From: Chiloscyllium plagiosum
Lineage: Eukaryota
Direction of reading: 5' to 3'
Assembly: GCF_004010195.1 (NCBI RefSeq)
Contig: NC_057719.1
Location: 22,652,252-22,715,963, forward strand
Length of the DNA: 63,712 bases
The position numbers were made by a program, and so were the translations under genes. This document shows positions 24,707 to 35,594 of the stretch, one piece after another (position 1 is the stretch's first letter; the number at the start of each line of letters is the position of its first letter). A model generated the notes under the pieces. The model was not told the origin of the DNA. It saw only the letters and a list, made by a program, of their open reading frames with translations, and made no database searches.

Positions 24707-25414
24707 ACAGATTGGAAACCTGTTTCATTAATGGCTGGGCCTCACTGAGGCTCATTCCCAGATCCACAGCATTAGCATCATGCTTCAAGGCTTAACAAAC
24801 AATCTGGAAGTACAGGAGGGTTTATAGAGCCATTCCATCATTGACGTCATCTGTGCTTAAAAGCAATACTTGGAGTTTTGAGATCACAGAAGTGGCAGGT
24901 GGATCTGAGAGAGTGTTGCTCCTTGGGTTTCTCATGCTTAATTGAAGATGCTGCTGCAGGAGGGATTACAGTGAGGTGAGTTCTCCAAAGATGGATGGAA
25001 GTAGCTAAGGAAGTCAGTGGCAGATGTTTCTCCCTCCAATCTGGAGATTGCGCTCCAAAAGTATCTAGGACAACAGAAAGGCATGCCAGATGAGAAACAT
25101 ACCACTTCCAGGTTCCAGGTCGCACACTTTCACTTTCCTTTTGTTCTCCTGCACAGCATGCCTTGGATTAACATGCATTACAGCTCCAGTCATACCTCCT
25201 TCTACAGACAATTCCTCAAACTCTGCAGCTGAGCAGCCATCACTTAAACTCAGCCTCCAGCCCTCTCACACACCATGTCTCAATGTTACCCTCAACAAAT
25301 AGTATTCTCTCTTCATAAATACAAGGAAAAATTCCAACCATGATGCTAATGCTGTGGATCTGGGAATGAGCCTCAGTGAGGCCCAGCCATTAATGAAACA
25401 GGTTTCCAATCTGT
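24707..25414. repeat. Perfect 76 bp inverted repeat pair (24707-24782 and 25339-25414)
   Basis: ACAGATTGGAAACC...AGCATCATG and its exact reverse complement, separated by a 556 bp spacer. Confidence 0.95.
24900..25090 (+). mobile_element. Decayed Myb/SANT-like DNA-binding domain, probably from a PIF/Harbinger transposon
   Basis: With frameshifts it reads VAPWVSHA*LKMLLQE ... QRWMEVAKEVSGR ... W, resembling the APRFSDxxLExLL / WxEVAxEVS / WxQCRKR pattern of Harbinger Myb-like proteins. Confidence 0.5.
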
Positions 25415-26094
25415 CCTGAGGTACATGTTGAGAAAACTGGCCTTTGCCTGTAGACCCTGCAATGGTGGTCCCAACACTCTCATGATGGTTGTCTATGTCC
25501 ATCTCCTCAGCTATGTGTAGAGGCAAGCTGCTGAGGACAAGACACTTGCTACTGTTTCTGGTGTTTCTTCTTCCACTGGTGGATTTTTTGGTGGTGTTAT
25601 TGTTCTGTTCCAGTTGCTCAGCAGGAGTGGAAGTTGTATCTGCAGAAGATGCACTCACCCTGTGGTGAAAACTGATAGCAACGAATTGAAGATTACTGAA
25701 GTGTTCAGGTGAAGTGCCTTCCAGGAAGTTCTAAACACTTGTCAAGCTGTGAGAGCCACTATTTCAGAGAGCAAATATTATTAGCTATAGTCTCTCATCT
25801 GGCCCTGTCTGGAGCTCTTTAATTTCATGGTGACCTTGGCAAGTTTCTGACAGCTAGGAAACTAGTTCTCTGACAGGAAAATCCAGAACCTTGTATTAAC
25901 TGGTCATTTAATTAATTTCTTGCAAAACAGATTTATTAAAGTGTTATTCAATTACATTCAATGTCAATTCACAAAAACCCAGAAGAAGGTATGTTGGTAT
26001 TTTATTGCCAACCTCATGTAATTTTCAGGGAATTTAAATCCCTGCAAGCACACAAACAAACCATCCTATGCTTCTGATCTTTTGTCCCAGAATG

Positions 26095-26455
26095 ACTGAG
26101 TTATAGAGTCACAGAGTGCTACAGCTTGGACTCTGACCTTTCGGTCCAACCAGCCCATGCTGACCATAATCCCAAACTAAACTGTTCCCACCTGCCTGCA
26201 TTTGGCACATATCCTTTCAAACATTTCTCATTCATGTCCTTATCCAAATGTCTTTTAAACATTGTAATTATACCCACATCCATCACTTCCTATGGAAGTA
26301 CATTCCACACACAAACCACATTGTCAAACCAAAAATTTGCCCCCATGTCTTATTTGAAACTTACTGCTCTCACCTTAAAAATATACTCCCTAGTCTTGAA
26401 ATCCACCTCGTATGGAAAAGACACTTGCCACTCAACTTATCTATACCCCTTGCAA
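26095..26455 (-). mobile_element. CR1 3' end
   Basis: Reverse-complemented CR1 tail (TAGAGTCACAGAG...CCTTTCGGTCCAAC) and ORF2 C-terminus. Confidence 0.8.
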
Positions 26456-26789
26456 AGGTATGTACTGATATTTCTTTTTAAAATGCATCAATTTGTGCAG
26501 AATAGGCTCCTTTTGATTAGCTCAGTTGAAAATTTTAAAGATACCACTTCTGTGCTTGCTTGAACATTGTACATGTAGAGTTCTGGAACATGTTTGATGA
26601 GGCTCTATGCAAGACAATTTTAGCTAAAGAGTGCATGGGTTTTCGGGTCACCTTGTGATAAGGATCAGTTATTGACAGGGAGGCAGAATACAGAGAATAA
26701 GAATAAACAGCAAGAGAAAGTACTTCACAACAAAACAAGCTTAAAGAATCTCCAGTCTGAGTGCAGTTGGTGATCAGGATGCAAACTGG

Positions 26790-27446
26790 GATCAGAATTA
26801 CACTTGCTTTGTGAAGTGAACATTTTGTTCAAGTTTCCACACAAACTACTTTCACATAACCATTTGCAAAATCCGCTATGAATCACTAAAAATAGGTGGC
26901 TTTTAGAAAGTGTATATATCTATTCAACAAAGTGGAAAACTGCTCAACTATGTCCTGTCTACAAAATGTAGGACAAAAAGGACAATTACAATTCAGGCAA
27001 TCACTTTTCCATCAGTCCACTTTCGATCATAAGTAAAATGATAGAGGGTGTAATCAACAGCGCTCTCAAAAAGGACTCACTTAGCGATAACCTGTTTATT
27101 GATGATAAGCTTGTGTTTGGTCATGACTACTTGCTTTATCTTGGTTACAGCCTTGGTGCAAAGACAGTCAAAACAGCTGACATCCAAACCTGAGGTGAGA
27201 GTGAGAGTTGTAGAGTCATACAAGATTCAACCAGGTCCTTCGGTCCACCACATCTATGCTGGCTGTGATCAGAATTACACTTGCTTTGTGAAGTGAACAT
27301 TTTATTAAAATTTCCACACAAACTACTTTCACATAACTACTTGCAAAATTTGCTATGAATCACTAAAAATAGCTGGCTTTTAAAAAGTGTTTCAATATAT
27401 CTGTCCAACAAAGTGGAAAACTGCTCAAATATGTCCTTTCTACAAA
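26790..27446 (+). repeat. Local direct duplication of about 177 bp (26790-26965 and 27267-27446)
   Basis: GATCAGAATTACACTTGCTTTGTGAAGTGAACATTTT...CTACAAA occurs twice with scattered mismatches. Confidence 0.92.
26915..27200 (+). mobile_element. LINE RT fragment (CR1/L2 group)
   Basis: Reads KWKTAQLCPVYK...PISPLSIISKMIEGVINSALK. Confidence 0.6.
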
Positions 27447-28075
27447 CAAACACCAAACTACACTGATCCCATTCACCTGTACTTGGTCCAAAGCCTATTA
27501 TTCCTGAGCATTTCAAGTACCCATCCAGATGCTTTTTAAATATTGCAAGAATGCTTGCCTCCACCACATTCTCAGGCGGTATGTTCTAAATATCTATCAC
27601 TGTTTGGGTAAAGGAATTCTCCAATCTCCTCTAAACAACTTGCTGCTCACCTTGAACTGATGGCCCTCGTATCATACAGTGCAGAAAAGGCCCTTCAGCC
27701 CATCGAGTCAGCACTCACAATAACTACCACTAGAGATGTGTTAATCCCAATTTCCTACACTTGTCCTTTATCCTTGAATGTTATGATATTTCAGGTGCAG
27801 ATCCATTTTTTTTTTAAAGGTTATAATGTTTTCAGCCTCCATTACCTTCCCAGGCAGTGCATTCCAGATTCTCACCACCCTCTGAGTGAATTTTTTTTTC
27901 TCTCAAATCCCCTCTGATTCTCCTTCCCATTACCCTAATACAATGCTTCATCATGATGGACCCCTCTAACTAGTCTGTAATTTCCAGTTTATCGCTAACA
28001 CCCCTCTTGAAAAGTAGAACCACATTTGTCATCCTCCAGTCCTCTGGCATTTCCCCCATGGCCAGGGAGGACTTT
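27205..28075 (-). mobile_element. Two or three adjacent CR1 fragments
   Basis: ORF 27337..27567 reads IFKKHLDGYL. A second tail lies at about 27670-27960, and ORF 27970..28185 reads GEMPEDWRMTNVVLLFKRG. Confidence 0.75.
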
Positions 28076-28619
28076 GGCAGAAAGGCAATATTTGACTGGC
28101 AGTAAAGTCTAGGATCCTGAGTAAATTTGAAGTCAATGAGAATCAGGGATATCAACACTCCCCAGTGGAGACATAAAGAGCACAAAAGAAGAAGATTGTG
28201 ATTGTTAGAGGCCGATTGTCACAGCCCCAGGATATTGTTGTCTGTGTTCCTCATGGCAGAAACATCAATTGCTTCAAAATGACCTTTTCCTCAAAATGTC
28301 AGAAGAGGAGATGTTCACGAATGATTGCATGGTGTTTAGTTATATTGGTGACTACTCATACAATGAAGCAATCCATGCCTGATGTTGCAGTACCTGGAAG
28401 GGTGGAAGCTCATGAGGAGTAGAAAACACTGGCATGGGCATGTTTGGCCAAATGGACTGTTTCTGTGCTATAAATATTTGGCAGCACTTGGAATCCGAAA
28501 CTTCAGAGCAGGGACATTTAATAATGAAATGACAATGTAATATGCCTGTCAAGTGACATAGGTCTGCTAGGAGAAAGGAGAATCACTGCTTTGCTAACTT
28601 TCAAATTACCATTGTAATA

Positions 28620-29170
28620 GAGAGTGATCAGAAGATGCATGGCTCAAAGATTGATGTGGGAGAAATGGGCTCGAATTGGTACCAGTACTCAGGAAAGATC
28701 AAGTTGTTTCAAAGGGATGGGCTCCACCTGAATCATTCTGGAATCAGAATCCCATGAATTGCATAACTAGGGGTGTAGGTAGGACTTTAAATTAAACAGT
28801 GGCAGTGGGGTGGGGGGATGGGTTAGGTTCACTTCCATGGAAATTTATATAATCAAAAGAGAGAGAGAAGGTAGGATTGCAGATTAGCGATGGGATTGAT
28901 TGTTACCACAAAATAAAAGGAAGGGACCAAATGTGTGAAAGTGATATTGTACCAAGGAACCATAATGGTGTAGGGAAACCTGAATATAGAACAAAGTTCA
29001 AGACATTGTATCTGACTGGACAAATCATTTGGAATAAGCTAGATGAACAGATGCTGCTAATCGAGGTCACAAGGACTTTAAACTGGTTAATGGTTGTGGA
29101 AGGGAGGAGCAGGGGAGTGACAGGAGATTGATGAGGGGATAGTTCAAAAGAGATTATTAAAGTTCCCACA
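28620..29170 (+). mobile_element. CR1 ORF1 esterase end and ORF2 start, decayed
   Basis: About 28678-28750 reads WYQYSGKIKLFQRDGLHLNHSG, containing the SGNH-esterase DGLHL motif of CR1 ORF1. Confidence 0.7.
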
Positions 29171-29384
29171 AGAAGTAACAGAACAGAGAATATAGAAAGC
29201 CTTAGAGATCAAACTTCAGGCACAGCAGTTAAGGGAACAAATATGATTTTGGAAAACAAGCTGGATTCGAAAGACTAAGATATGACCTTTTAAGTCAATG
29301 TTTAATGCAATGAAATTAATCCACTAAAACACAGAGTTAATGAAATCCACCTGTTGAAAGGGGACCCTGACCAAATCAAAATAT

Positions 29385-29510
29385 TTCTGATAAAGGGCTT
29401 TGCCTAAAACATCAATTATCCTGCTCCTTGGATGCTGCATGACGTGCTGTGCTTTTCCAGCACCACACTCTCGACTCTAATCTCCAGCATCTGCAGTACT
29501 CACTTTCACC
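29385..29510 (+). mobile_element. PLE pLTR end starting at a decayed HHR
   Basis: CTGATAAAGGGCTTTTGCCTAAAACATC...CACTTTCACC, flanked by the imperfect repeat AAATCAAAATAT / AAACCAAAATAT. Confidence 0.8.
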
Positions 29511-29740
29511 AAACCAAAATATCGGCTTTGCATTTTGCAATACTCTGAGGCAAATAGATCATAGAGATATAAAGCTTGTTTCTTTAACTCCACTTACTGT
29601 AACAGGTTCATGAGCAGAGGTCAGTGGTGACTTTGTAATGTGACTACTGAGGTGATGTCATCACAGACATCTGCCCGACAGTTTAAACAAATAAAAAGGG
29701 ATTATAGAATGGGAGACGATGAATTGATTTTCAGAGAAAA

Positions 29741-29770
29741 AGAGAGAGAGAGAGAGATGGAGACAGAGAG
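29741..29770 (+). repeat. (GA)n microsatellite
   Basis: AGAGAGAGAGAGAGAGA run. Confidence 0.85.
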
Positions 29771-30293
29771 AATAAAGCCTGAAATAGAACCATCAATACA
29801 CATTAGATATACCTTCTAAAATAAATTCAGAAATAAATTGTAATCCAGGGGGTTTGAGATATTACAAAAGAGAGAGGCAGAAAGAGCGAAAAGGCTCATT
29901 TAAGGTTGTAGGTAGTGACAAAAAGCACTAGGTTTAGAAAAAAAACAATTAAATAGGGTGAATTCCTTGAGGTTAATTGGCACTGATTATTCAGAATCTG
30001 AACAAGTAATAGAAAGTGATGAAGCACCATTCACATTATCTGCTGGACAATTATGAGGAGCAGATCATGCAGATAAAGAGATGAGCCTGTATAGACAAGG
30101 TGATGCAGAATAACAGGATAAGCCTATTTCTCCCATATTAAAATATTAATGGAAGTTGGCACTCAAGTAACATTTCTGCCAGAATGAGCCAGTGAATGAA
30201 AAATTGCCACTTTGGCAGGGAAGGTCACCAGCAAGTAGAATCATTGGCTAAATGTGTGTAATGATTGCTGTGGTTAATCACCTACATTCATGA

Positions 30294-30615
30294 GTGGCAT
30301 GGTGGTTAGCACTGCTGCCTCACAGTGCCAGAGACCTGGGTTTGATTCTAGCCTTGGGCGACTGTCTGTGTGGAGTTTGCACATTATGCCCGTCTCTGCA
30401 TGGGTCCCCTCTGGGTGCTCTGGTTTCCTCCCACAGTCCAAAGATGTACAGGTCAGGTGAATTGGCTATGCTAAATTGCCCATAGTGTTAGGTGCATTAG
30501 TAAGGGGTAAATATAGGGTAACAGAATGGGTCTTGGTGGGTTACTCTTCAGAGGGTTGGTGTGGACTTGTTGGGCTGAAAGGCCTGTTTCCATATTGCGG
30601 AGAATCTAATCTACA
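30294..30615 (+). mobile_element. HE1 SINE
   Basis: HE1 head, body and AATCTAATCTA tail. Confidence 0.9.
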
Positions 30616-31629
30616 TAGATTACAGGAGGACCGAGGCATGCAGGTTCATTTCTAGGTTTCCTGGACCCATCCCATCTCTATCCAATGCATAAATAAAACC
30701 ATCAACCTTTAAATCTCAAATGAAATGTAAACAATGTATAGAGATTTTCTCTCATAGATCTTTCTCTTATCCTGTCTGCAGGAATCTGCTTTTCTTCTCT
30801 AGTCTGCTCCCAAGGCCAATACAGGCTTTCAGGTGCAAAAGACCCTCTCCTGTTGTTTTTGCTCACAATGACTCAGAGGATTGAAGGGCCATACAGGCTA
30901 CAAATGTGCCTAATGGTGGTATGTTGTAAGATGTGGTCTTTTTCCTGTTGTAACATCTTTGTATAAATTTCCACTACATTAGGGACAGGTGGTAGAATCC
31001 ATAAAGTAAAGACATAGAAAGCTAAAAAATGCAGTAAGTTTTGAAAGTGGACCTGGAACTGAACATAGTGTTGAGGAAATATCATGGACTGACAGAAAGG
31101 AAGTTAGATTGTAGAAGAGGGTGTTTTATAGGAATAGTCAAGAACAAGATAGGAGGTTGTTTAAAGATCAAAATTGGATATGACTAAGGATCATGGAACA
31201 GGTTAGGAAAAACACTAGACATAGAAGCCCTTACAATTGCAATATTTTACAATATCTCCGAACAAATTAGAAGATAAATTGATAAGGATGCCAAAAATAG
31301 TTAGAAAGCTGAAAGAATTCAATGCATACATTAAGTTGCCTGACAGGAGAAAGCCATCTTTATCACACAGAAATGCACAAAAAACAGTCCTTTCTGATGG
31401 GACATATGAGACTAAAGCTGAACTAGTGGCTATTGGTTTCAGAGAGAGACCTGGTGATCATAATACTGTATTAGAGTCAATTCTTCTACAGCATGAAAAG
31501 TGAGTCTGAAAATATTTTAAGCTCTTTTAGCAACATGTTTGTGGGAATGCAATTGATACAGAGGTTACATTTTTGTAACAAATTGAAATACTTTTGACGC
31601 CACCTTTAAAAACTGTCAATATGGAGGAA

Positions 31630-31840
31630 GTTAAAAATCGCACAACACCAGGTTATAGTCCAACAGGTTTAATTGGAAGGCCACTAGCTTTCAGAGCATC
31701 ACTCCTTCATCAGGTGATAGTCCTGATGAAGGAGCAACGCTCCGAAAGCTAGTGAGCTCCCAATTAAACCTGTTGGACTATAACCTGGTGTTGTGCGATT
31801 TTTAACTTTGTACACCCCAGTCCAACACCGGCATCTCCAA
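31630..31840 (+). mobile_element. Fold-back mini Penelope-like element (second family)
   Basis: Near-perfect arms of about 85 bp. A 12 bp TSD AATATGGAGGAA lies at 31618-31629 and 31841-31852. Confidence 0.9.
31723..31751 (+). ncRNA. Minimal hammerhead ribozyme core (second PLE family), intact
   Basis: CTGATGA-A-GGAGC-AAC-GCTCC-GAAAGCTA, with palindromic AGCU in place of stem III and a CUA triplet. Confidence 0.65.
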
Positions 31841-32199
31841 AATATGGAGGAAATGTGTGAAAATTAAACGTATGTTTATGAGCTGAATCAAGCATCAAGG
31901 GTGTTGTATTTCTCAGTTAAGTCCATCCTACTAAAAATGAATTGTATTCGGTTAAAAGTAGCCCCACACGCGTTTTATTGGTATCAATAGGAGACACTAG
32001 CAGACATCTTTATGAAGCATATTGATAATCTTCTGTGGAGAGGTTCTGCAGAATTCGAGCAAAGTGTGATAGTTATAATAAATAAAAAATGTTTAAATCA
32101 GTAGTCAGACTTTATGGCCCTTTCAATACATCGGATAAGATATCAAGAAGATTAAGTCAGGAATGACCTTGCATCAGAAATCTTACTTAGAATAACATA

Positions 32200-33755
32200 A
32201 GGTGTCACATTGAAGGCTGTGCAATAAGACAAGAGCCCATAAGGGCAAGATACTGGCATGGGTGGAGGATTGGCTGACTGGCAGAGGACAGACAGTAGGG
32301 ATAACTGCATCTTTTTCAGAAAGACAGTCAGTGATTAGTGAAGTTCCACTGAGGTCAGTTTTGAGACCGCAACTGTTCACATTATATATTAATAATCTGG
32401 ATGAAGGATCTGTGGGCATTACTGCTAAATCTGCAGATAGTACAATGATAGGTGGATGAACAGATAGTGTTGAGGAGTTGGGGAGGGTGCAGAAGGGCTT
32501 GAACAATCAGGAGAGTGGACAAAGAATAGGCAGATAGAATACATTGTGGGAAAGTGTGATATTATGCACTTTGGTAGAAAGAATAGAGGCATACTCTATT
32601 TTCTAATTGGGGTAAGGCTTTGAAAATCTGAAGCACAAAAGGACTGAGAAATCATAGTTCAGGATTCTCTTAAGGTTAACATATAGGTTCAGTTGGCAGT
32701 GAGGAAGGCAAATGCAATGTTAGCATTCACTTTGAAAGGGATGGAATACAAGTGCTGGGATGTACTGTTGAGACTGTAACAGGTTTTAGTCAGACTGCAT
32801 TTGGAGCATCGTGAGCATTTTTGGGCCACTTTTTGATGGAAGGATATGCTTTGGGGTGCAGAGGAGGTTTACATGAGTGACTCCAGAGATGAAAGACTTG
32901 TCACATATGGAGCAGTTAAGGATGCTGGGTTTGTACTCAGCGAAGGATGAGGGAGGATCTCATTGAAGCATACAGAATACAGAGAGGCCTGGATAGAGTC
33001 AGCTTGGTGAAAATGTTTCCACTAGTAGAAGAGACTAGGACCTGAGGGCACAACCTTAGAGTGAAGGGACAGTTCTTTAGAACTGAGTTAGAGTCATAGA
33101 GTCATGGAGATGTACAGCATGGAAACAGACCGTTTGGTCCAACACGTCCATGCCGACCAGATATCCCAACCCAATCTAGTCCCACCTGCCAGCACCCGGC
33201 CCATATCCCTCCAAATCCTTCCTATTCATATACCCATCCAAATGCCTCTTAAATGTTGCAATTGTACCAGCCTCCAATACTTCCTCTGGCAGCTCATTTC
33301 ATACACGTACCACCCTCTGCGTGAAAAAGTTGCCCCTTAGGTCTCTTTTAAATCTTTCCCCTCTCACCCTAAACCTATGCCCTCTAGTTCTGGACGCCCC
33401 GACCCAAGGGAAAAGACTTTGCCTATTTACCCTATCCATGCCCCTCATAATCTTTTAAACCTCTATAAGGTCACCCCTCAGCCTCCGACACTCCAGGGAA
33501 AACAGCCCCAGCCTGTTCAGCCTCTCCCTATCGTTCAAATCCTCCAACCCTGGCAACATCCTTGTAAAATTTGGTTAATCTGTGGAACATAGTCATTGAG
33601 TTTATTTAAGACAGAGCTCGATATGTTCTTGATTAAGAAGGTTTACAAAGGGAAAGTAGGAGAATGGAGTTGAGATACATATCAGCCATGATCAAATGGT
33701 GGAGCAGACTTGATGGCCAACAGCTGAATTCTGCTCCTATTTCATGTAGTCTTAC
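32200..33755 (+). mobile_element. CR1 RT to 3' end, inserted in the Copia relic and itself interrupted
   Basis: ORF 32262..32459 reads EDWLTGRGQTVG...PQLFTLYINNLDEG. The tail resumes after 33567. Confidence 0.85.
33087..33567 (-). mobile_element. Young CR1/HER1 3' fragment
   Basis: Closely similar to 17761-18230 and to the reverse complement of 23630-24082. Confidence 0.92.
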
Positions 33756-34228
33756 AAACTTAATTGACCTCAATAAATGTGCCAGATCCTCACAGAAAGA
33801 AGACCTGCATCCAAGGTAAAATTAGATCAATTAGGATGTTTGATTTATCAGTTGAATAGATTACACTCTCAGACTAAACTTCCAGTATCACCTGTTGGAA
33901 CTTATTAAGCACCGTGACAGAACATGCCATGATTGAGGAGTTTCTGAGAGTAAATAAACCATTAAATAATTTAAATTGAAAGAAATATGCTCTTGAGTTT
34001 CCAGCCTGAGGTAATCCAGAAGATATGAAGTCAATCATTTTTAGTGAAGCTTCACACACCATTCTGCCTAACAGATTTTGTGGCTTGGTTGACAATCATA
34101 GTCCTGGCAGAAAACAATAACTTTTTTTCCATTGGCCTGGGAAGCCAAGAAATTAAAAATAGTCATTCCTAGCACTTTAGCTATTTAAAAACTGGTACTA
34201 GAAGAAGCAATAGATATGAGAAACAGCA

Positions 34229-34447
34229 TGGAGAAAGTGAGGACTACAGATGCTGGAGACCAGAGTCAAAAAGTGGCTGGAAAAGCACAGCTAGTCAGTC
34301 AGCATCTGAGGAGCAGGAGAGTCAATGCTTCAAGCATAAGTTCTTCATCAGGAATGTCATTCCTGATGAAGAGCTTATGCTCAAAACATTGACTCTCCTG
34401 CTCCTTGGATGCTGCCTGACAGGCTGTGCTTCTCTAGCACCACACTC
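34229..34447 (-). mobile_element. Fold-back mini Penelope-like element
   Basis: Inverted arms turn at GGAATGTCATTCC. A 12 bp TSD TGAGAAACAGCA lies at 34217-34228 and 34448-34459. Confidence 0.88.
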
Positions 34448-34994
34448 TGAGAAACAGCACACCTAATATTCTGAATGCAATCATGTAATGGGGAATCTGA
34501 AAAACCTATGCTCACAAAATGTAACAGATTACTATTATTTTTGGGAAAATGCTAATTTAACGAAGGGCATCACAGAGAAAAGGTTGAGAATGGAATCTGC
34601 TAGTGCAAACAAAACGTCAAAATGGAAAGGTTTTCTAAAATGAAATGGACTGATTGAAGTCACTGATTGTCAGCCAGTTTTACAATAAAAATGCTTATCT
34701 CAAACCTATCATTAGATACCTCCCAAAAGTGATGCCTTGAGTCTTAATGAGAATATGAAATATTATGATATATGAACATGGATAGTAATTTAATTGAAAA
34801 TTGTTTTGTAATTATGTTTAAATATCATATTTTTAAAGGAATAATATGTAGTCTGTTAATGATTGGTTATATTATAATATGAGTCATAGATTAAAATAAT
34901 TTTATTTCTTTTTGATTAGTTTTGAAGACATTGTTATTAACGTTTATATTGAATGGTCTAATCTGTTGCTATCTTGTCACCTCATTGTTAAGGA

Positions 34995-35110
34995 AAGAAG
35001 GACTTATGCCCGATTCTCCTGCTCCTTTGGTGCTGCCTGACCTGCTGCGCTTTTCCAGCAACACATTTTTCAGCTCTGATCTCCAGCATCTGCAGTCCTC
35101 ACTTTCTCCT
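34995..35110 (+). mobile_element. PLE pLTR end fragment
   Basis: GAAGGACTTATGCCCGATTCTCCTGCTCC...CACTTTCTCCT, with the imperfect flanking repeat ACCTCATTGTTA / ACCACATTGTTA. Confidence 0.8.
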
Positions 35111-35127
35111 ACCACATTGTTAGGATT

Positions 35128-35372
35128 TGTTAATGTCATTGTTAAGATTAAGAGATATGGCTAATGGATATTAATTGTTCTTGAGCAGATATACGTAAAG
35201 GACAGTAAGGACAATAAGATGATTGAGGTGATCTAAGATGGCACAAGTCAGTAAGTACGGTTTATTAAAGAAAAGCTGTTGTGTTTTGGTGTTTGCCTCT
35301 CTATCTGGCTTGGGGTCTCTTATTAAGGAGCCTGTTCAATTAAGTTGATCCAAAAATATGGAAATAATAACA
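35128..35372 (+). mobile_element. Putative Copia 3' LTR
   Basis: TGTTAAT...AATAACA ends, about 245 bp, internal ATTAAA, located downstream of the RNase H relic. Confidence 0.45.
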
Positions 35373-35594
35373 ATTTATTTATCTTGATATTTTATTTGTT
35401 TTATCTTTTATAGAGAGAAATATACAGAGTACTAAAAGACAAACAATGTAACTGAGTCTCATAAGGAGATACTTCAGTCTTCTGTCCAATAACTTGATCA
35501 AAGAGGTAGATTTTGAAGAATACCTTAAAGAGAAGCAGTGGATGTAATTTAGTTGAAAATCAGAGGGTGCTTGATAAGGTACAACACTTAATAA

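Larger units (their letters stand above)
30870..35372 (+). mobile_element. Ty1/Copia LTR retrotransposon relic (RT, RNase H, putative 3' LTR), fragmented by later insertions
   Basis: Copia-like motifs in colinear order: DGTYETKAELVAIGF (31396-31440), VYELNQASRVLY (from 31874), HIDNLLW (from 32018), FQYIG...LHQKSYLE (about 32120-32190), FSEASH (from 34040), WEAKKLKIVIPSTLA (from 34138) and EKRLRMESA (about 34576). The left boundary is uncertain. Confidence 0.75.

Noticed and set aside
25266..25658. 130 aa minus-strand ORF as a host gene or retrocopy
   Set aside because: It has a GTG start, is low complexity and reads through an inverted-repeat junction. It is better explained as a rearranged transposon relic.
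31630..31840. Pre-miRNA, CRISPR repeat or MITE interpretation of the hairpins
   Set aside because: The arms are PLE pLTR sequence, asymmetric, with long variable TSDs. There is no repeat-spacer periodicity and no fixed-length DNA-transposon TSD.
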